Shown here: positions 58,042 to 64,000 of the stretch, one piece after another
How positions within the stretch are numbered: the first letter of the stretch is position 1
How the letters are laid out: the number at the start of each line of letters is the position of its first letter
Origin: Hormoscilla sp.
GTDB lineage: Bacteria > Cyanobacteriota > Cyanobacteriia > Cyanobacteriales > Desertifilaceae
DNA: 64,000 nt
Assembly (NCBI GenBank): GCA_051439505.1
Contig: JBFRWI010000174.1
Location: forward strand, 1 to 64,000
Direction: 5' to 3'
Notes under the pieces: generated by a model
Databases searched by the model: none
Seen by the model: only the letters and a program-made list of their open reading frames with translations
What the model was told of the DNA's origin: nothing
Translations under genes and position numbers: made by a program

Positions 58042-58268
58042 AATCTCCTCCCTTGTGAATGGACTTGTCTACTTTTTCAATCCCCAGAGTATACCATATT
58101 TCATTTGTACGGGGTAAGTCGGGCTTCCTAGCAATCATGCTAATACAGCATTACCATTGAGTTTTGTCTCATCCGCTACCAACCTTGGTCAAACTACAAT
58201 CTAGTAGCAAGCACGCGCTCGCAATTTTCTACTTGCAGCGAGAATAGTTTATAGCCGATCGGCAACAA

Positions 58269-58293
58269 AGAAGCACCTATTATAGGTGCTTCT
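58269..58293 (-). terminator. Hairpin terminator after rpmA
   Basis: AGAAGCACCTAT-T-ATAGGTGCTTCT, followed by T residues on the minus strand. Confidence 0.6.
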
Positions 58294-58319
58294 ACATGTT
58301 TCGTTACATTTTCGGTCCA

Positions 58320-58613
58320 CTAAGATGCAGAAGCTGCCACCTCAGGAGTCACCTCAGCCGCTATAGGATAAATACTCACCTGCTGGCGGCCTTTCCACTT
58401 GCGTTCAAAGGTCACAACCCCATCGATCAGGGCGAACAAAGTGTCATCGGAACCGATACCGACATTTTTACCCGGGTGAAATTTACAGCCCCGCTGACGC
58501 ACTAAGATGTTACCAGCCCTAACCTCTTGACCGCCATAGCGTTTAACGCCCAAGCGTTGAGCATTCGAGTCTCGTCCGTTACGAGTGCTACCCGTTCCTT
58601 TCTTGTGAGCCAT
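58320..58613 (-). CDS. rpmA: 50S ribosomal protein L27
   Basis: [16 protein letters not shown]. Confidence 0.98.
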   Translation of the reverse strand: MAHKKGTGSTRNGRDSNAQRLGVKRYGGQEVRAGNILVRQRGCKFHPGKNVGIGSDDTLFALIDGVVTFERKWKGRQQVSIYPIAAEVTPEVAASAS

Positions 58614-58687
58614 GATTTTTCCCCAATAATTTACATTCAATTCTATCAGCTTGGCGTCGGGTGGGCACCGCCCACCACCTCTGCTGT

Positions 58688-59179
58688 TTACCCTGATGCG
58701 GAAGCCTCTGGATCTGCTGGTGCATCAACTGCCACTTCAGTTGATGCCACTTCTACTGTAGTTTCCGCCGGCGCTGACTCTGGTGCTGACTCTGGTGCTG
58801 ACTCTGGTATTTTTTCAGCTATTACAGCTTCCGCTGTCGTTTCCGCTGATGCTAGCACTGTACCATTGAGATTGATCGAGTCAATCATCAGCCGGGTAAT
58901 CTCCTGGCGATGTCCCCGCTTCTTGCGAGTTTTCTTTTTCGGGCGCATCTTGTACACTAGAACTTTACGCCCTCGGAACTGTCGCAGCACCGTGCCTTCC
59001 ACCGTTGCGCCTGCTACCAGGGGCTGACCGATATGTATGTCCCCGTTATGCTGGACAAACAAGACTTTGTCGATCGAGACTTTCTCTTCTGGTTCCACTG
59101 GCAGTCGTTCGATGTCGTAAAAGCGACCGGCTTCTACGCGCAGCTGCTTGCCGCCAGTTTCGATGATTGCGTAACTCAT
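58688..59179 (-). CDS. rplU: 50S ribosomal protein L21 with acidic C-terminal extension
   Basis: [10 protein letters not shown] and KRGHRQ motifs; PESA repeats in the tail. Confidence 0.97.
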   Translation of the reverse strand: MSYAIIETGGKQLRVEAGRFYDIERLPVEPEEKVSIDKVLFVQHNGDIHIGQPLVAGATVEGTVLRQFRGRKVLVYKMRPKKKTRKKRGHRQEITRLMIDSINLNGTVLASAETTAEAVIAEKIPESAPESAPESAPAETTVEVASTEVAVDAPADPEASASG

Positions 59180-59194
59180 ACGATTCTCTCCTAA

Positions 59195-59270
59195 AGGGTG
59201 CCGTACAGGTAGCTGAGCTTTGCAGGTCTCAGCTTTTAGAACTTCTCAACCTGATCCGAGCAGGTAAGAG
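59195..59270 (-). promoter_or_regulatory. Possible L21-leader-like structured 5' UTR
   Basis: CAGGT...ACCTG stem with inner AGCTGAG/CTCAGCT hairpin just upstream of the rplU ribosome-binding site. Confidence 0.45.
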
Positions 59271-59619
59271 CAGACAATCTGTTATTATTACTCATGATTC
59301 CCTATTCTGTCAAGCTTGTGACTGGTGAATACATACCGGTGCATCTGGTGATGGGAAATTTGGGCGTTGCACTTCGACACCGACGATCGGCAATTCATTG
59401 AGATGCATGCATTTTGGCAACAATGCTCGCTAATTGCTAATTGCGCAAGGCGAGAATTGTTTGATTTCACCGACTTGAAGAGCCCAACACCAGCGGCGAT
59501 CGGCATAGGCAATTTTTAGCGCGACAGCTTAACTGAGTCACGTGCCGCGCGGCAAATCCAGATCGCCCTCGGATCTAATGACTTGTGACAACCCACAAAT
59601 GACTACTGACTACTGAGAA

Positions 59620-60624
59620 ATGACTACTGACTGGGATAAAAAAATGACGAATTTCTCTCTCCTAAATGATGTCGTAAATCAGTTAGAACAGCATGAAAAA
59701 TCCATAAGAATAAAAAAGATGATGGTTTGTGTTTGTAGAAATGTCTGGGAGAACGATGCTAGCAAACTAGCAAGTTTATCATTGCAGGATTTAATTCCGG
59801 AATTATGTCAATTCTATCCGAGTTTAGAACAATTAAGAGCGAGTTTAGATCGGGTAGTTAAAAGTCTGAATAAACCCAAAGAGTATAGTCTGGTTGCTAA
59901 CGCAATTATTAGTCATGTTAGCAATTTATACTCTGATGCAGAAGAGACAACGGAACTAATCTTAACTCAGCAACCGGAAGAGGTAATGACCTCAGTTGAG
60001 GTTCCAGTACAACAGCATTCCCAACACCCCGGTTCCTGGGAATTCTGTGATACCAGACGGGCCTATGACCCCTTTGATTTGCGACAGGAAGTGATGAAGT
60101 ATACAAACCCGCTGCGGGCGAAAATCCTGATTTTTTCGGCAATAGAGCAGATCTTTGCTTTCAACAAGGAAGACTGGTTAAGCATTAAAACTAAGGAACT
60201 GGATGATTTGCTACTCAGACTATTTACCGAATGCACGACGATCGAGCAACTTCAGTATAAGCTATGCGAGACTGCTAAACGTCTGCGCGACCCGTCGGAA
60301 AGCAATCAAGCTGCTGGGGCAATTATCCAAGCCCTCAGACCATTCTATACCCAGGGGCAAGGGTTGTCCAATCAAAATCAAGCATTTAATCACAATCTGG
60401 CTGCATCTATGAGAAGCATGGTAAATTCTCAGCAGGCAGCAGGACCGATGTCGGTCACGGTCAGTGATTCCGAAACTGGCATGATGTCGGCCACGGTCAG
60501 TGATGAGGCGGAAAGCGGAATGATGTCGGCCACGGTCAGCGATGAGGTGGAAACCGGAATGATGCTTGACACTGTAATTGATTCCGACGATGATGATTCT
60601 ACCTGTCAGTTTTTACCATCATAA
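59620..60624 (+). CDS. Cyanobacterial hypothetical protein with C-terminal repeats
   Basis: 334-aa ORF; repeated E(T/S)GMMSATVSDE near the end. Confidence 0.7.
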   Translation: MTTDWDKKMTNFSLLNDVVNQLEQHEKSIRIKKMMVCVCRNVWENDASKLASLSLQDLIPELCQFYPSLEQLRASLDRVVKSLNKPKEYSLVANAIISHVSNLYSDAEETTELILTQQPEEVMTSVEVPVQQHSQHPGSWEFCDTRRAYDPFDLRQEVMKYTNPLRAKILIFSAIEQIFAFNKEDWLSIKTKELDDLLLRLFTECTTIEQLQYKLCETAKRLRDPSESNQAAGAIIQALRPFYTQGQGLSNQNQAFNHNLAASMRSMVNSQQAAGPMSVTVSDSETGMMSATVSDEAESGMMSATVSDEVETGMMLDTVIDSDDDDSTCQFLPS

Positions 60625-60771
60625 TCAAATATCAGCCTAGGGCAAGCGACAAGAGCTGCCTATCCTCACGATCGGGTAATTCTGTTGAAGAAAAACAACC
60701 ACGAGAACCGAAAGTTCTCAATGAACAATTTTCAATGAACAATTTTCAATGAACAATTCTCAAATAAAGAT

Positions 60772-61767
60772 ATGCATGTGAATGAACTTCTGAGTAGATA
60801 TGCAGCAGGAGAGACCAAGTTTATTGGTGTCAACCTGAGTCGCGCCAATCTGAGCGATGCCGACTTGATTGGGATAAATCTCGAACGGGCAAGTATAGGG
60901 GGCGCTTCCCTGATATTTACCTTCCTGAGTCGGGCCAACCTCAGCAGGTCAAATCTCATGGGAGCAAAGCTGAGTGGGGCTAACTTAAATCAAGCGACTC
61001 TGACTGCTGCGGACTTGAGGGATGCTGATTTACATGGTGCCATGTTACAGCGTGCCGACCTGCGCAATAGCAATCTCACATTAGCTTCTCTGCTGGATGC
61101 GAATCTGATGGAGGCCGACCTGCGGGGGGCAAATTTGAGTGGTGCTAACCTGACGGGTGCCTGTCTGCGGGGTGCCAACCTGCGCGAGGAGAGGAGAATT
61201 TATTATGCTACCCTACGGGGAACATGCCTGCATAAGGCAGACCTGCGGGGTGTCAACCTGACTGGTGCTGATTTGGCTAAGGTGGATATGAGTGGTGCTA
61301 ATCTTTGGGAAGCGACCCTGCGCGATGCCGAACTGAGCGGTGCTAATCTGAGTGGTGCTAACCTGACTAATGCATCTCTGGGAGATGCTAATCTGAGTGG
61401 TGTAAACTTAAGTGGTGCCAATCTGACTGGTGCTAATCTCCCGAGGGCTAACCTGTCGGATGCAGAGATGTCGGATGTCAGGCTGCGTGATGCTTTATTG
61501 GCCGAGGCCATTTTGAAAAGGGCAAATCTGAGTAGGGCTGACATGAGTAATGTTAGAATGAATAGGACTGACTTAAGTCGGGCGAATCTGCGGGGTGCTT
61601 CTATGATGGGTGCTGACTTGATTGATGCTTACCTGGCCAGGGCCGACCTGACGGATGCCGACCTGAGTAATGCCAATTTTTTCAATGCCGAACTGAGCAC
61701 TGCCAATCTCATGGGTGCTTTCCTGGTTGGGGCCACAATGCCCGATGGTTCGATTAAACGTTACTAG
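60772..61767 (+). CDS. Pentapeptide repeat protein
   Basis: Continuous A(D/N)Lxx repeats. Confidence 0.95.
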   Translation: MHVNELLSRYAAGETKFIGVNLSRANLSDADLIGINLERASIGGASLIFTFLSRANLSRSNLMGAKLSGANLNQATLTAADLRDADLHGAMLQRADLRNSNLTLASLLDANLMEADLRGANLSGANLTGACLRGANLREERRIYYATLRGTCLHKADLRGVNLTGADLAKVDMSGANLWEATLRDAELSGANLSGANLTNASLGDANLSGVNLSGANLTGANLPRANLSDAEMSDVRLRDALLAEAILKRANLSRADMSNVRMNRTDLSRANLRGASMMGADLIDAYLARADLTDADLSNANFFNAELSTANLMGAFLVGATMPDGSIKRY

Positions 61768-61854
61768 GGTACGTGTTCATGGGCGATCGCTTGTACCAGT
61801 TGTCCGCTGATTTGAGGAGATTGGCCCTAACTGGACTATAGCTGTTTTTGGCTG

Positions 61855-62177
61855 ATGAAATAATTCCCGTGTCCTTACTTAGGAGTGATGGTTGAGCTGA
61901 CAGATGAACGAGAACAGCACATCTACGAGACTCATCCTGACTTGGTGCCAGCTTATTTACAGCAAATGGCTGATACCCTGGCTAATCCGGAGCAAGTGCA
62001 GGTAAGTAGGCGATCTGCTCGCGTTTATTTGTACGATGGTATGATAGCATTAAAGGGGGTAAATATGTAGTTGTGGTAGTGGAAATGGATAGCATTCCGA
62101 CTGAAAGGACCTGGATTTTTACGGCATATATTGCTAGAAAATTGCCAAAAGGAGAGGTAGAATGGAAGAAAAACTGA
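61855..62177 (+). pseudogene. Inactivated toxin-like nuclease gene partnered with DUF2283
   Basis: ATG AAA TAA nonsense at codon 3 and a frameshift near 62020; the joined protein reads LTDEREQHI..HP..TLANP / KYVVVVV..WIFTAY. Confidence 0.65.
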
Positions 62178-62398
62178 CATTGAAATACGATCGCGAAGGT
62201 GATATACTCTATCTTAGCAAGATATCGCCATATAAGGAGCAAGAATCGGAAGAGATTGAAGATGGCGTGATTGCTAGATTAAATCCGACTACGAATGAGA
62301 TAGAGAACCTGGAAGTATTGTTTTTCTCGAAACGGTTTCAAGTAAGCAATGTATTTGAAATTCCGATTAAAACAGATTGGCGAATGGTGAATGGTTAA
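62162..62398 (+). CDS. DUF2283-family antitoxin-like protein
   Basis: YDREGDILYL..EIEDGVIARL..IENLEVL. Confidence 0.8.
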   Translation: MEEKLTLKYDREGDILYLSKISPYKEQESEEIEDGVIARLNPTTNEIENLEVLFFSKRFQVSNVFEIPIKTDWRMVNG

Positions 62399-62498
62399 AT
62401 GCTATTGGCCTGCCCGATGGCACTGGCACGGGCGATCGGGAAAATCAGTGGTACTTGCAGATGACCGGCGAAGCGAGAGGAAATTGGGAAGGAGAAGT

Positions 62499-63623
62499 AT
62501 GATTACAGAAATAACGCCAGCACAAGAAGCATTGATTAGAGTATATCGGGAAAAATGGCGGGCGATCGCGCTTTCGACCGAACCAATTAACCGCCCCCAA
62601 GCGGCAGAAGCGGTGAAAGCATTATATGAGTTGTGCGGTCGCAAGGAACCACAGATATTTTTTTGTGACAGTCCCTTTGCGAGAATTCAGATAATTTTGA
62701 ATTTCAAGCAAAGGCCAGAAAGATTAGGATATGCGATCGGGCGGGAAATGGAAAAATTATCTAATTCATTTTTGCCGAGCTTGCAAAAAATGATCGATCG
62801 GCATGTCGCCGAAAAGATTAGAAAACAACTATATCGGTACCGAAATTCTCTAATAGTTGAGAAATTGGAGAACCAAATAGTAATCCAAATAATGCATTAT
62901 TTAAGCGTGTTTTGCCCGGAATTAGATAATTTTATTTCGCTGCAAAACTGGTCGGAAAATCGGGGAAATATAATGGATTTCTGCATTTCAGTGATGCATT
63001 GCGAGCACGACCAAAAAGCTTGGCAAGTGTTAAAAATGCTGTCGAGTTCCTGCAATGTGATTTATCCATTTGAGAAAATAGCAATTATCAGCGATCGCCC
63101 GAAGAAAATAGCGATGGACAGTCAAAACCGGTTACACGCAGAATCAGCAGCAGCGGTCCAATTTCGGGACGGATACAGCTTCTATTCCTATCATGGAGTG
63201 ACCGTACCGGAATCATACAGTCAAGCGCCTCCGGACCGGTGGGAAGAGGACTGGTACATCAAAGAATTAGACTTTGAGTTGAAGAACAAATTAATACAAG
63301 TGTTGCCGACGGAATTGGTGCGATCGCATTGGCTGCTCAAGGAAAGGAACTCGGAATTGAGGCGATCGTTAATTTCGCGGCTCGGCTATAAGAGACTCTA
63401 TCAAGAGTTGCAGGCCGAAAAACTAGACAGTTGGCAAGATTACGAGCTCTTAAAAATTAAGGCGAAGATAGATGAAGAGCCAATTAACTTGTTAAAGATG
63501 ACATGTCCTAGCACCGGAGAGGTGCATGCCATGCGCGTGCCGCCGAACATGACCTCTGCCAGGGAAGCAATTAGTTGGGTAAATTGGGACATCGACCCAG
63601 AGCAATTTTCCGTACAAACCTAA
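62499..63623 (+). CDS. DUF6745-type cyanobacterial protein
   Basis: RLHAE..AVQFRDGYSFYSYHGV, N.ELRR, LKMTCPSTG..RVPP. Confidence 0.75.
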   Translation: MITEITPAQEALIRVYREKWRAIALSTEPINRPQAAEAVKALYELCGRKEPQIFFCDSPFARIQIILNFKQRPERLGYAIGREMEKLSNSFLPSLQKMIDRHVAEKIRKQLYRYRNSLIVEKLENQIVIQIMHYLSVFCPELDNFISLQNWSENRGNIMDFCISVMHCEHDQKAWQVLKMLSSSCNVIYPFEKIAIISDRPKKIAMDSQNRLHAESAAAVQFRDGYSFYSYHGVTVPESYSQAPPDRWEEDWYIKELDFELKNKLIQVLPTELVRSHWLLKERNSELRRSLISRLGYKRLYQELQAEKLDSWQDYELLKIKAKIDEEPINLLKMTCPSTGEVHAMRVPPNMTSAREAISWVNWDIDPEQFSVQT

Positions 63624-63647
63624 TAATAAGCTGACAATTGACAATTG

Positions 63648-64000
63648 TCAATTGTCATCATCATCCAATCCAGGTCTGGGCATGGGTTTGACGGTTTTTT
63701 TATGCAACTGACGCAACCAGAACCAACCTACCACAGCCACAGTCAGGGACACCCAACCTGTCGCTGACTGGAGTAATAAAAAGCCACCTGTAGCGAACAT
63801 CGCGCCAAATAATAGTAACATAGCAGCTAAGACCCGGATCAGATCGCCAGCCAAGTCTTGGACTGGTAACAAACCAGTGCGTTGCTGCTGACGCCGCCAA
63901 CCCGGACCACCCGGACGCACCAACCGATAGAAATTATCCAAAGTTTCGTCGGACTCTGGAGGCGTCAATAGCATGACCGTCACCCAGAGAAGGGCGGAAA
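63648..64000 (-). CDS. C-terminus of a sodium:solute symporter-family protein (runs off the window)
   Basis: LLTPPE..L..FY..VRPGGPGW followed by two TM helices. Confidence 0.7.
   Translation of the reverse strand, partial: SALLWVTVMLLTPPESDETLDNFYRLVRPGGPGWRRQQQRTGLLPVQDLAGDLIRVLAAMLLLFGAMFATGGFLLLQSATGWVSLTVAVVGWFWLRQLHKKTVKPMPRPGLDDDDN

Noticed and set aside
1..64000. tRNA, rRNA or intact integrase genes
   Set aside because: None recognised by eye; a covariance and HMM search would be needed to exclude them.

Overview
This is a 64 kb chromosomal window from a filamentous cyanobacterium: the HIP1 octamer GCGATCGC is frequent, and there are short tandem heptamer repeats and many MITE/REP-like elements. 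From left to right it holds: (1) a pro-Fanzor-like IS607 TnpB whose frame overprints a dead tnpA, abutting lanM; (2) a type II R-M pair and a C39-peptidase ABC exporter; (3) a ~38 kb zinc-starvation (Zur-box) gene cluster (hisI, sufE, FeoB-like, thrS2, cysS2, COG0523, two metallophosphoesterases, two flavoproteins) that has been duplicated in fragments and broken up by insertions; (4) two-component genes, including an amino-acid-permease/histidine-kinase fusion; (5) a pair of SLATT genes, rplU-rpmA and ordinary genes. The main unannotated signal is a shattered integron. There are three clear attC sites, one minimal attC and one truncated attC, three to four attI-like sites (the repeated module carries an intI N-terminal stub) and an internal intI fragment. 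The associated cassettes carry defence systems (Lamassu/ABC-3C, type III R-M with MNT and XisHI, type II R-M). A non-autonomous transposon with a 9-bp TSD carries an HU-like/Ig gene and a 22-bp tandem array. All protein calls come from motifs recognised by eye; no database search was run.
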